Origin: a virus
Direction: 5' to 3' (one strand)
Virus record (IMG/VR): IMGVR_UViG_3300022699_000302
Location: 64,001 to 128,000 of that record
DNA length: 64,000 nucleotides
The notes below the pieces were generated by a model that was given only the letters and a program-made list of their open reading frames with translations, did not search any database and was not told the DNA's origin. The position numbers and the translations under genes are program-made. The stretch's first letter is position 1. Every line of letters begins with the position of its first letter. Below, piece after piece: positions 55,186 to 63,702 of the stretch.

Positions 55186-56444
55186 TGCCTGACCAGTACA
55201 AGATCATAATCGAAAACGCTGACGGAACCGAGTCGGAGTACCTGGTTCGGTCCGACCTCCCTCTTGGGGTTACAGCGGGTCAAGCTGTTGACAAGTTCAA
55301 ATCCTTGCTGGCCGGGGTCGATGTCTACGACGACGTCATCACGCCGAATTGGTATACCGAGTTTATCTGCTTTATCTGGGCTATTGCTCGTCTGAATCCT
55401 AAGTGGGAAGTCGGCCGTTTGCTTGGTGCCGGCATCACCACGTCGAAAGTCATGGTGGGCCATGGTTCAGTTGAGTCTGAGCTGCGAGGTGGCGCCCAGA
55501 TCGATCTTAGAGCGGCAGGGCCTGGTTCATCTGTTACGGTGAAGGGGTCGGTATTCACTTATAACGCGAATCCCACAACTCTGGCTCAATGGAGAACAGG
55601 GGAACAACTGGCGTTTGCAATCGAGGAATCGTTTCCTGATCTGCAAGCCATCTACCGCAACGGATTCTTGTTCCTCTATACACGAAGCTTTGGATTTACG
55701 AACCCTACTCTTCTGGCCGGCAGTTACACCGTAGCATCCACAGGGCTCGCCGGATTTACCCGTCTTGGCGGCGATGCCTTGATTCCTGCAGGACAATTCA
55801 ACATCGAAGCGTCACCGTCAGCACCACAGGCCTGGGCAGGAGCTCAGATCAAGATTACGATTGGAACAGCTTTCTTCCCGGATTACGAGTCGTTGCGGAA
55901 GAACGATACTATCAGGTTCCAGCTGTCCGGTGTTGACTATGAGACCAAGATCAGCCGGGTCGAGGTATCACTGCCGGCGATCGATATCTATCTTGATCTG
56001 ACCAATGATTTCCACGATCACGGCGTCGGACCCCTGGCCCACCCCATTGCATCCACGCTTCTCGATGAAGTCGAGATCACCTATCGCCGGCTCCCTCAAC
56101 TTGATGATAATCCTCTGTTCTTCATGGATGAGCCAATTAAGGAGCAGACCGACCGGTTTATCCAGGAGATCTACGATTACCTCAAGAATAACACCTTCGG
56201 AGTCAAGGTCGACTCGAATTGGCTGAAGGATCAGGAAAGGATCGATCAGTTAGTGCGGTTCCTCGATCGCGTGAGAGCTGTCGAGACCAACTGGATCATG
56301 TGCTCCGACCTCGAGGGAGTCGATGAGCTCGGGGTTCCTTTCTTTGTCGAGACAACACCGTCGTCGGGCGGCTCGTTCTTCGACACGCTTCCCGCGTACC
56401 TGATCGTCGATCAGACCTACCTCGATCAGCACTATTTGAGCTAA
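55185..56444 (+). CDS. putative baseplate structural protein
   Basis: 419 aa following baseplate genes. Confidence 0.65.
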   Translation: MPDQYKIIIENADGTESEYLVRSDLPLGVTAGQAVDKFKSLLAGVDVYDDVITPNWYTEFICFIWAIARLNPKWEVGRLLGAGITTSKVMVGHGSVESELRGGAQIDLRAAGPGSSVTVKGSVFTYNANPTTLAQWRTGEQLAFAIEESFPDLQAIYRNGFLFLYTRSFGFTNPTLLAGSYTVASTGLAGFTRLGGDALIPAGQFNIEASPSAPQAWAGAQIKITIGTAFFPDYESLRKNDTIRFQLSGVDYETKISRVEVSLPAIDIYLDLTNDFHDHGVGPLAHPIASTLLDEVEITYRRLPQLDDNPLFFMDEPIKEQTDRFIQEIYDYLKNNTFGVKVDSNWLKDQERIDQLVRFLDRVRAVETNWIMCSDLEGVDELGVPFFVETTPSSGGSFFDTLPAYLIVDQTYLDQHYLS

Positions 56445-56498
56445 AAAAGAAAGACTCCTAAAAAAGTTGGCTGCATTGGATGCAACCAACTTTTGTGA

Positions 56499-56969
56499 TT
56501 ATGGAAGGGGTGGGGACCTTCCCCACCCCTCGGCCTCCATGGACTTCTGGACCTGGTTTTTCTTTACCGCCATGAAGGCCCATGATGTGACGGTGGTGGA
56601 GACGCAGAACATGATGAATCCTGCTACTAGCAGGAATCCTGCTCCTGCCTCCAACCATGCCGTGAGAAGGATCGACCCCAGAAAAGGCAGGCCGAAGATT
56701 AATGCCGCAAGGATAGCGCCGTCGAAGGCGCTGGGTTCGATGCGACGGTTATACTCGTCCCACCATTTCTTGGGGGTGATCCCGTCTCCGGGTTTTGACT
56801 CGAGCAACCCTGTCATTTTCTTCATCAGGGCTGCACCGAATCGATTCGCCTCAGCTTTGAAGCTGGGCTTTTTCTTCCCTTTCTTCTTCTTTTTCTTGGG
56901 TCGGGGCTCGGGCTCGGGGACGATACTCCCGTAGCCGTATGGGGTCCGACCCTTCATCGTCTTCTCCAT
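56499..56969 (-). CDS. membrane protein (2 TM)
   Basis: start MEKTMK; two TM helices. Confidence 0.65.
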   Translation of the reverse strand: MEKTMKGRTPYGYGSIVPEPEPRPKKKKKKGKKKPSFKAEANRFGAALMKKMTGLLESKPGDGITPKKWWDEYNRRIEPSAFDGAILAALIFGLPFLGSILLTAWLEAGAGFLLVAGFIMFCVSTTVTSWAFMAVKKNQVQKSMEAEGWGRSPPLP

Positions 56970-57636
56970 CGTCCTGCCCTCCGATGTAACGACTGGCAAT
57001 CGTGAAGACAACTGCGATCACCAGAAGGATCAGTACCGGAATCAATGCCCACGATTTTCCCAATGCTCCGGCACAACCATTGGAATCGTCGTCTCCTCCG
57101 CCTCCTCCGCTAGAGGAAGAGCCGTTGGTGCCCCATCCACGTACACCGGTGTAACCCGATGGGTGGATGATCAGAGTGTAGGTCCTGACCTCAGATGCTT
57201 CTGAGGCCCCGGCTCCGACCGCGACGGTGTCGTACCAAAACCATTCAACCTCAAAGGTGTATGCGCCTTCGGTTCCTGGTTGGGGTACACCTCCTACCGC
57301 CCCGGTTTGGTAGGGGTGATGGAGGTTGTTCGGTCCGCTGGGCGGGGGCGGATAGTTGGGATTGTCGTAAGGGGATGGTGGGTCGAGAGTGAGGCCTGAG
57401 GGTTGGGGGGATATCCACGTCGCAATCGCCCGGGAGAAATGCATGTTCCCCATGTACGTGGCTTGATACTGCTCGTCGACGGTGAACTGGTAGTTCCCGC
57501 GCATGGCGGAGTTGGTTACGTTGACCTCCGCGTGGATCTCGGATCCATCGGCGGGACCGAAGTCGGGCTTGTACTGGGTCTGTGCCGAGACCGCCCCGGC
57601 GAACAGCAGTAGTGTCACAAGTGTAAGGTATTTCAT
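56851..57636 (-). CDS. secreted protein with Gly-rich/Cys C-terminal sorting-like signal
   Basis: signal peptide ..AVSA|Q; SSSSGGGGGDDDSNGC followed by a TM helix. Confidence 0.7.
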   Translation of the reverse strand: MKYLTLVTLLLFAGAVSAQTQYKPDFGPADGSEIHAEVNVTNSAMRGNYQFTVDEQYQATYMGNMHFSRAIATWISPQPSGLTLDPPSPYDNPNYPPPPSGPNNLHHPYQTGAVGGVPQPGTEGAYTFEVEWFWYDTVAVGAGASEASEVRTYTLIIHPSGYTGVRGWGTNGSSSSGGGGGDDDSNGCAGALGKSWALIPVLILLVIAVVFTIASRYIGGQDDGEDDEGSDPIRLREYRPRARAPTQEKEEEREEKAQLQS

Positions 57637-57700
57637 GGCACCTCCTGGACTTGTAAGTGTTTGGGTTTGCAGAGGAGATACAACTATATCTCCTCTATAG

Positions 57701-57709
57701 TCTTAGGCC
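57701..57709 (-). promoter_or_regulatory. conserved phage promoter-like motif
   Basis: GGCCTAAGA-CTA-TAGAG. Confidence 0.7.
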
Positions 57710-57750
57710 GAAATCGGAGGCTGGTTTTTGCAGTAAAAAAGAGGGGCCCC

Positions 57751-57972
57751 TTAGGCCCCTTGATACCACATCAGCAGAGCCATAGCTCCTGCTAAGTAGC
57801 CGTGCAAGCCGAGAAGCACAAACACGAAACAGAGGACCCCGCCGAGAGTTGTCGGCTGGACCCGATTCTCCAGGCCGAGATGGTCGGCTAGGGCTTGTCC
57901 GCAGTCACCGTCGTACTCAACTTCAATCAGGTACGGCAGGTACCACGCGCGGATTCGACGTAGCCACTTCAT
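57751..57972 (-). CDS. small membrane protein
   Basis: 73 aa, C-terminal hydrophobic. Confidence 0.6.
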   Translation of the reverse strand: MKWLRRIRAWYLPYLIEVEYDGDCGQALADHLGLENRVQPTTLGGVLCFVFVLLGLHGYLAGAMALLMWYQGA

Positions 57973-58280
57973 GCTCCCTCCTTTGGCCGGCCGATTTTTC
58001 CGATCAGCTTCAGTTTTTCTTTGGATTCAAAATTGCGCCATTCCGAGCTATGGATCTCGAGGCGCGTCAAAGACTGCATGTCGTAGATTACAATGGAGTC
58101 GCCAACATAGACCGGACCTCGCTCGATCAGAACAAGCTGAGGACAGATTAAACGGCGCCACCAAGGTCCCCGTGAATAGACCTCGCAGGTCCGGGGGAGA
58201 CCTGCAGACTCAAGTGTGATCTCTACGGTCAATATCCCCCCTCCTTCTAAAATTTGCGTTCCTCGGGATGAGGTGTTCAC
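57969..58280 (-). CDS. hypothetical protein
   Basis: 103 aa after the motif at 58298. Confidence 0.55.
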   Translation of the reverse strand: MNTSSRGTQILEGGGILTVEITLESAGLPRTCEVYSRGPWWRRLICPQLVLIERGPVYVGDSIVIYDMQSLTRLEIHSSEWRNFESKEKLKLIGKIGRPKEGA

Positions 58281-58297
58281 GCTGTAATCTTCTACTG

Positions 58298-58306
58298 TCT
58301 TAGGCC
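58298..58306 (-). promoter_or_regulatory. conserved phage promoter-like motif
   Basis: GGCCTAAGA-CAG-TAGA. Confidence 0.7.
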
Positions 58307-58317
58307 GAACTTTTTGT

Positions 58318-58638
58318 CTATTCTCGTTTCAGCATTCCTCTCTGTTTGAGCCAATGAAAGATCGGTTCTGGGCGGTCTTCGTCTTTGTCCGCAGCTTCGC
58401 ATGCCAAGTCCCAGTCGTTGAATCGATGGATCCAGGTCTCGCAGTCCTGACAGTAGAATCCGTTGCTCCCTCCGATAGCGAAGTCATCTTGGCTCAGTGC
58501 TACCTCTGCATCCATACCGTCATGCAAGAGAACTTCACAGGCGATGTCAGCGTTGTAGCTTTCCATAAGATCCTTACCGCCACATTTCGGGCAGACGAAA
58601 GCTATTTCGTAGTTACAGTAGTCTTTGATTTTGGACAT
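58318..58638 (-). CDS. zinc-ribbon hypothetical protein
   Basis: start MSKIKD; CPKC..CQDC. Confidence 0.65.
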   Translation of the reverse strand: MSKIKDYCNYEIAFVCPKCGGKDLMESYNADIACEVLLHDGMDAEVALSQDDFAIGGSNGFYCQDCETWIHRFNDWDLACEAADKDEDRPEPIFHWLKQRGMLKRE

Positions 58639-58653
58639 GTTTCCTCGTTTCGT

Positions 58654-58687
58654 AAAAAGAAAGCAGGGGTCCCGAAGGACCCCTGCT
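58654..58687 (-). terminator. terminator after the tRNA cluster
   Basis: AGCAGGGGTCC/GGACCCCTGCT hairpin plus U-tract. Confidence 0.8.
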
Positions 58688-58695
58688 AACAATGA

Positions 58696-58786
58696 TGGCA
58701 CAGCGGGGAGGACTCGAACCTCCAACCTTCCTACTAAGCGGACGGGCCCGCTTTTCAGATGCTCTACGCAATTGAGCTACCGCTGT
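58696..58786 (-). tRNA. tRNA-like RNA with anticodon loop replaced by a hairpin (no readable anticodon)
   Basis: acceptor ACAGCGG/CCGCUGU, GCCA end, D arm GCUC..GAGC, T arm GGAGGUUCGAGUCCUCC; 21-nt anticodon region AAGCGG-GCCCGU-CCGCUU. Confidence 0.75.
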
Positions 58787-58787
58787 G

Positions 58788-58863
58788 TGGTGCAGGGAGA
58801 AGGACTCGAACCTTCATTTCCGAGCTTAAGAGCTCGGGTCCTAACCAATTGGATGATCCCTGC
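58788..58863 (-). tRNA. tRNA, Lys(CUU)-like, with non-canonical anticodon loop
   Basis: GCAGGGA/UCCCUGC, ACCA end; arm CCGAGC-UCUUAA-GCUCGG gives a 6-nt (or 8-nt) loop. Confidence 0.75.
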
Positions 58864-58864
58864 T

Positions 58865-58942
58865 TGGCGGTCCCGGCGGGATTCGAACCCACACCCTCCT
58901 GAGTTTAGAGCCCAGGCGCGCTGCCAGTCGCGCTTCGGGACC
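58865..58942 (-). tRNA. amber suppressor tRNA (anticodon CUA)
   Basis: GGUCCCG/CGGGACC, GCCA end; 6-bp anticodon stem CCUGGG/CUCAGG, loop CU-CUA-AA; canonical D-loop GG and T-loop UUCGAAU. Confidence 0.85.
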
Positions 58943-58947
58943 GTGGT

Positions 58948-59337
58948 TTACGCAGCCTTCGCCGCCTCCTTTCGACTGAATTCCTTCAACGCCAGAGGAA
59001 GCGAAGACAAAAGTTTCGCGGTGTCTTCCCCAGGTTCGACAGCGACAGCCGTCAGCTCATTAGCCCAATCCGGCTCAAGCCACTTCGAGTGTCGGATACC
59101 CTGGGTCTGCAAGACATGACACAACAGATCCAGCGCCTGCTTGTGCTTCACAGAGAGCAAGCAGAGAAACTGGCTGTCGCGATGCCACGCAGTGGCTATG
59201 TCAGAGTTTTCGAAAGTGAATTGAGCGAGGGCGTGAGCAGACTGGGTTGCCTGCTGTCCAGGGCTGAGGTCCCTGCGAGTGACGATGTAGAGTTTATCAC
59301 CCGTTTGGTACTTCGGTTCTTCCTACGTGAAATCCAT
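58948..59337 (-). CDS. PTH2-like peptidyl-tRNA hydrolase with in-frame TAG at 59323..59325
   Basis: GGAGG-AAATG-ATG GAT TTC ACG TAG GAA...; then KLYIVTRRDLSPGQQATQSAHAL...EPDWANELTAVA...LPLAL. Confidence 0.75.
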
Positions 59338-59392
59338 CATTTCCTCCGTGGTTAGTTCGGGTATACCCGATGATGAAAAGGCCTGTCAACAC

Positions 59393-59400
59393 TTTAGGCC
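59393..59400 (-). promoter_or_regulatory. promoter-like motif variant upstream of the pth/tRNA operon
   Basis: GGCCTAAA. Confidence 0.5.
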
Positions 59401-59488
59401 GAAAAACTCGAAAAAGGAGGAGGTAGGAGGGGACTCCGGGGTTACGGGAAGTCCCCTCCCCAGCTAGCCAGAAAGGGGGCGAAAGGGA

Positions 59489-60253
59489 TTAGCTGTTTTC
59501 CTCACTGCTCTTGGATGATTTGGCCGAGTCGGGGCCTGTATCCCCGGTCTCGCTCGGGGTGACCGCGTTTTCGAATTTCTCGAGAGCGTCTTTATCGACT
59601 TTCGTGCCGGCCTCGAGGTAGTCAGCTGCGTTCGAAGCAATGAGGTTGCTCTTCAGCAGTCGTTTCTGCGGTCCGCCGGCGTTGGCGTAATTCACGACCG
59701 ACTTACCGAACGCATCCATAGTGCCCTTGACGTTCTTCGATTGGAGGTGGGCTACGTTGCCTCTGCTGAGACCAAGTCCTTTTGATTCGTCCCAGGTCGA
59801 GATGTCAGAGCCCAGGAATGCGATCGACCAGTTCTCGTCGCTCTCACGGTCCTCGATCATCTTTTTGATGACAGCGGGATCCTTGATCTCTTGGGAACTG
59901 TTTTCTTGCCCATCAGTCATGACAGCGATGATGGATGTGGCCTCACCGAGCTTGTACTTCTTCGCCGCTTCTTCGGTGGTGGTGATGGCCCGGTGGACTG
60001 CGTCGAGCAGAGCCGTCGATCCTCGCGTGGTGTAGTTCTCCATGTTGAGGTCGGCTGCACTACGGATCGGCTGATCTTTGACCAGCTCGATGTACTCGTT
60101 ATCGAAAAGGATGATCGTGAGACGAACATCTTTGTCCTGAGCCTCTTTTTCGAGGCTGGACTTGAAAGCGTTGACCGACTCGATCACGTCCATACGTTGG
60201 GGCTCCATAGAGCCGGAGCGGTCGACCACAAGTGTGACGTATAATCTTTCCAT
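59489..60253 (-). CDS. von Willebrand factor A domain protein
   Basis: MIDAS VVDRSGSM, GSTALLDA, MTDGQENSS. Confidence 0.85.
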   Translation of the reverse strand: MERLYVTLVVDRSGSMEPQRMDVIESVNAFKSSLEKEAQDKDVRLTIILFDNEYIELVKDQPIRSAADLNMENYTTRGSTALLDAVHRAITTTEEAAKKYKLGEATSIIAVMTDGQENSSQEIKDPAVIKKMIEDRESDENWSIAFLGSDISTWDESKGLGLSRGNVAHLQSKNVKGTMDAFGKSVVNYANAGGPQKRLLKSNLIASNAADYLEAGTKVDKDALEKFENAVTPSETGDTGPDSAKSSKSSEENS

Positions 60254-60436
60254 GCGTATCTCCTGAATCAGACCAAGCCCTTAGCGGTAGAGGATACCGC
60301 ATTCGGGCTTGAATTTGGGGATTGGGAATGAACGATTGTTCATAACCAGTATAGAAGAGGGAAGGCGGGCGAGGTGGTAGTGGAATCCCGCCTTCCCCCA
60401 TTGGCCTCGCTGGGCGCGTACTCTACGAAACCTAAG

Positions 60437-60727
60437 TTACTTCACAACAGAAAATTCGGGTGCCGGAGTTCTTTTTATCTTGAGCCCAGACATGACTGAC
60501 CCGTAGTTCCAGATACGCCGGAGATTGGTCGGGTCAAGAGCCGCTCTTTTGCTTCTTCGCCACAGAAACCTGATGAAACGCGGGGCTAGTCGTCCCCAGG
60601 CCCGGAGGCCGATAGCCATGGACTCCGGGAGAACGGAAGCGACAGCACGATTGATTGGCGGAATAGCAAGAGCGGCAGCAACTACCACCGACACGAACGC
60701 TACAATACTCAACATGGGATCCCTCAT
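60437..60727 (-). CDS. small membrane protein
   Basis: N-terminal hydrophobic helix; follows a terminator-like hairpin. Confidence 0.55.
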   Translation of the reverse strand: MRDPMLSIVAFVSVVVAAALAIPPINRAVASVLPESMAIGLRAWGRLAPRFIRFLWRRSKRAALDPTNLRRIWNYGSVMSGLKIKRTPAPEFSVVK

Positions 60728-60840
60728 TTCGTAGAATAAAAAAGTGGAGAGAGGCCCCAGCGGGCGGGCAGGAGGACCTCTCTCCGAGAGCTTTCGCTCT
60801 CATGGAGCCGTCTGTACCGTGAAAACGACTCTCATCAATC

Positions 60841-60849
60841 TCTTAGGCC
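60841..60849 (-). promoter_or_regulatory. conserved phage promoter-like motif
   Basis: GGCCTAAGA at the divergent junction. Confidence 0.6.
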
Positions 60850-60921
60850 GAAAGTCTAGCCTATTTTGGTTGAGGAACTAAACTGATGTCTCGCCTACAC
60901 TGATCGTCAGGAGACATCTTT

Positions 60922-62496
60922 ATGGACCAGGTGTTTTTTACCCAGTACGAAGTCGTTGACTACAACGACATGAACCGGCTGCATCAATCTCCCCAGGACT
61001 ATCTGGAGAGCGTGGTCGAGGCCTTCATCAATGACACTGGTGGAGATGCCTTATTCGGTACCGCTGGGTTCTCCTCAGCAATCATCGCTGGACCTCAGAT
61101 CGAGATTTCAGTCAATGCTCAGAGCTACGCAGCAGCCTCGCGTATCGGGCGTGTCCCCGGCACGGTATCGGCTCATTCGTCTTCAGCGCCGGCGGACACC
61201 CAAAGGTTCTATATCTATCTCGATGTAGTTGAAACAGAGATCACCGACACACGAGATATCGCTAACCCTACCACAGGTATCCGTACCCCAACATCTGTAG
61301 TTGTTCGGAAGGAAATCTCGCATAACGTTGTAGTTGTGGAGGTTGATCAAGGCGACCCCGAAGCACCTCCCACGATCGGCTCGATTGGAGCCGGTGTTGA
61401 GCGGTTGGGCTATATCAAATTGGGGTACGTTGATTACAACGAAGTCGGGGCGTCGAATACTGATGTCTTCAACTCAGCCGGGATATTCTCGACGCCGGGT
61501 GCCGTTGCTTTTGATGATCTGTCCGATGTCTCTGCCGCCGCTCCTTCTACTGGGGATCTGGCTCAATTCGGTGGATCTGACTGGGCTAACGTCACGGTTC
61601 TTGATGCGATAGGCGAAGCCCTGAAGCAGGTCAACGATTTTCGTTTGTCGCCCGGCTTCAATACCCAGGTTCCTGCCGAGACTGGGACGTCAAACGCGGT
61701 TTACATGGTGCCGTACAAGGGCGACACGATCGCGTTGTATGACGGCACCAAATACGTTCTGGTCAGAGAATCCAACTTCGCGACGATAAGCCTGGCCGGT
61801 CATACGGCCGATATCCCTGTGGATGTATTTGCCTACATCGACGGGGGCGGAAATCTGGCTATGGAGCTGCAGGACTGGGCGTCAGCCATTGCTCGCAGCG
61901 TAGGCCTCGCTTTGACTGACGGAGTCTTCACTAAGTCTGGGGATCAAACCCGCAGGTACATTGGAACGTTCGTTCCAGACAGCGCTACCTCGTTGGATTA
62001 CGACTTCAACCGGAAGACCATCTACAACTACTACAATCGTATCCAGGTAAGAGCTCTAGTTACACATTCAAGTCTTTCTTACCTTATTCCTGACACTGGT
62101 GGGTCTTATCGACAAGTCAATGCCGATCCGAACAACAAAATCGAGATGATCATTGGGATCGATGAAGACATTATCGAGCTCTGGGGCCAGATGACGTTCA
62201 TCATGAGCGACAACGGGGGAGCTGGATCTGCTTCAGGGTCTATAGGAATTGGGTTCGAGTCCACTACTGTCAGCGATGCGTGGGCTTCCAATTTTGTTCA
62301 GGTGGTCAACGGAGCGAATTTCCAGAATATAGGGTTCATTGCCCGGACAGAGTATACGGGGAGAATCTCTGAAGGATTCCGGGTGTTCAACTGGCTTGAA
62401 CAGGCCTCTCTGTCTGGAGGCGGCACTGTGAATGCTTTTGCTGGGGGCGGTGCCACAAAAACTCCTATGGCTTTTACCGCTACACTTCTGATGTAA
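60922..62496 (+). CDS. putative tail fibre/virion protein
   Basis: 524 aa; DDLSDVSAAAPSTGDLAQF repeat-type segment; RRYIGT..R.IYNYYNR. Confidence 0.7.
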   Translation: MDQVFFTQYEVVDYNDMNRLHQSPQDYLESVVEAFINDTGGDALFGTAGFSSAIIAGPQIEISVNAQSYAAASRIGRVPGTVSAHSSSAPADTQRFYIYLDVVETEITDTRDIANPTTGIRTPTSVVVRKEISHNVVVVEVDQGDPEAPPTIGSIGAGVERLGYIKLGYVDYNEVGASNTDVFNSAGIFSTPGAVAFDDLSDVSAAAPSTGDLAQFGGSDWANVTVLDAIGEALKQVNDFRLSPGFNTQVPAETGTSNAVYMVPYKGDTIALYDGTKYVLVRESNFATISLAGHTADIPVDVFAYIDGGGNLAMELQDWASAIARSVGLALTDGVFTKSGDQTRRYIGTFVPDSATSLDYDFNRKTIYNYYNRIQVRALVTHSSLSYLIPDTGGSYRQVNADPNNKIEMIIGIDEDIIELWGQMTFIMSDNGGAGSASGSIGIGFESTTVSDAWASNFVQVVNGANFQNIGFIARTEYTGRISEGFRVFNWLEQASLSGGGTVNAFAGGGATKTPMAFTATLLM

Positions 62497-62503
62497 GGAA
62501 CCT

Positions 62504-63121
62504 GTGGCTAATAAAGAGCTTATATCCATTCCGGGATTCGAGGCCTCTGGCGAAATCCTTCTGACTTACCACGATGCTGATACTGGCGAGGTGGCAGCAG
62601 AGGAACTGCGTAATAACCTAGTGGTTGATGACGCGTTTAAGATCATCCCGGCGGTTCTCGGTCGCGACACCAACAAGCAGATCGAGTTCATCTCGATCGG
62701 GACCGGCGGTGACTACGCGGTTCAGCCTGTTGGCCCCCCGGTCGACACCGGTACCCGCAATCCGCCGGACGTGACTGACATTGGGAACCGGGTTGAAATT
62801 TTTCGGGCTCCGATTCGTGCTGTAGATCTCCCCGCTTTGAACGCAGTAAAGTTCCTTGCTGTGCTTGAATCGGGTGATGCCAACTCCTCGAATATCGACG
62901 AATTTGCCCTTCTCAGCAGCGATGGAACCTGTTTTTCCCATGAAGTAAATGAGGAAAACCCTGTTGCCCCGAATCGAGCGATCAAGTTCACGAAGAACAG
63001 TGGATTGATCGTCGTGGTTCAGTGGACTATCAGCTTCTTCCGTTGCTCGGGGTCGGCTACACCTATCATGGTCAGCGGAAGTGGAGGCTCTACTGTAACG
63101 ATTTCACCGCCGATTCCGTAA
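62504..63121 (+). CDS. tail-collar/baseplate fibre-attachment-like protein
   Basis: NNLVVD..., FISIGTGG, EFALLS, KNSGLIVVVQWTI. Confidence 0.65.
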   Translation: MANKELISIPGFEASGEILLTYHDADTGEVAAEELRNNLVVDDAFKIIPAVLGRDTNKQIEFISIGTGGDYAVQPVGPPVDTGTRNPPDVTDIGNRVEIFRAPIRAVDLPALNAVKFLAVLESGDANSSNIDEFALLSSDGTCFSHEVNEENPVAPNRAIKFTKNSGLIVVVQWTISFFRCSGSATPIMVSGSGGSTVTISPPIP

Positions 63122-63123
63122 CC

Positions 63124-63702
63124 ATGCCTGATATTACAACATCAAGTCTTCCCCTCGGATATGTAGGCCTCTCCTACAGTCAGACTATTTCTGCCATTAA
63201 AGTGGTGGGAATTGATGTGCTACGGGACTCCAGTTCTATTTCTGACGGAGGAACAGACTCAACCGGAGATCACCCCGATATCAACCCTTTCACTCTTCTC
63301 TATTCTTTAGCGTCGGATAGCGAAGACGATCTCGAGATCTTTTCGGTTACTATTTCTGGAGAAGTTAACTGCCTGACGTCCATTACAACCAATCCTAGCG
63401 GATCTGTAATCGATCCTGGTAGTAATGTAAATCTTGAGATCGAGGTAACTTCGATAACTCCCGGGCCGTTTTCTTTTATCCTCACCATTAATAGCGATGC
63501 AGATGGTGCTGAAGCGTCTTATACGATAACTGTTACTGGAGTGTGGATTGAGATCGATTTTTACGGGATCCTGGACGGAGGTTCTGTTGGAAGCAGACCT
63601 GCTCAAGAGGCCGTAGACGCATTACAGGAAGAAGGAAGTATCGGGCTCCGCGATGCTAACGAAGCAGTTGGTGACGTAATCGAGGGCGGGAGTGTTTCGT
63701 AA
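63124..63702 (+). CDS. Ig-like domain virion protein
   Basis: start MPDITTSSLP; GYVGLSYSQTI and FSFILTINSD..SYTITVTG. Confidence 0.6.
   Translation: MPDITTSSLPLGYVGLSYSQTISAIKVVGIDVLRDSSSISDGGTDSTGDHPDINPFTLLYSLASDSEDDLEIFSVTISGEVNCLTSITTNPSGSVIDPGSNVNLEIEVTSITPGPFSFILTINSDADGAEASYTITVTGVWIEIDFYGILDGGSVGSRPAQEAVDALQEEGSIGLRDANEAVGDVIEGGSVS

Noticed and set aside
57749-57757. Extra CCTTAGGCC promoter copy
   Set aside because: It lies in a terminator hairpin overlapping a stop codon and lacks the TAGA half.
58865-58942. Pyrrolysine tRNA
   Set aside because: It shares CUA, a 6-bp anticodon stem and G73, but has a canonical GG D-loop, UUCGAAU T-loop and 5-nt variable region, unlike tRNA-Pyl; no pyl genes are in the window.
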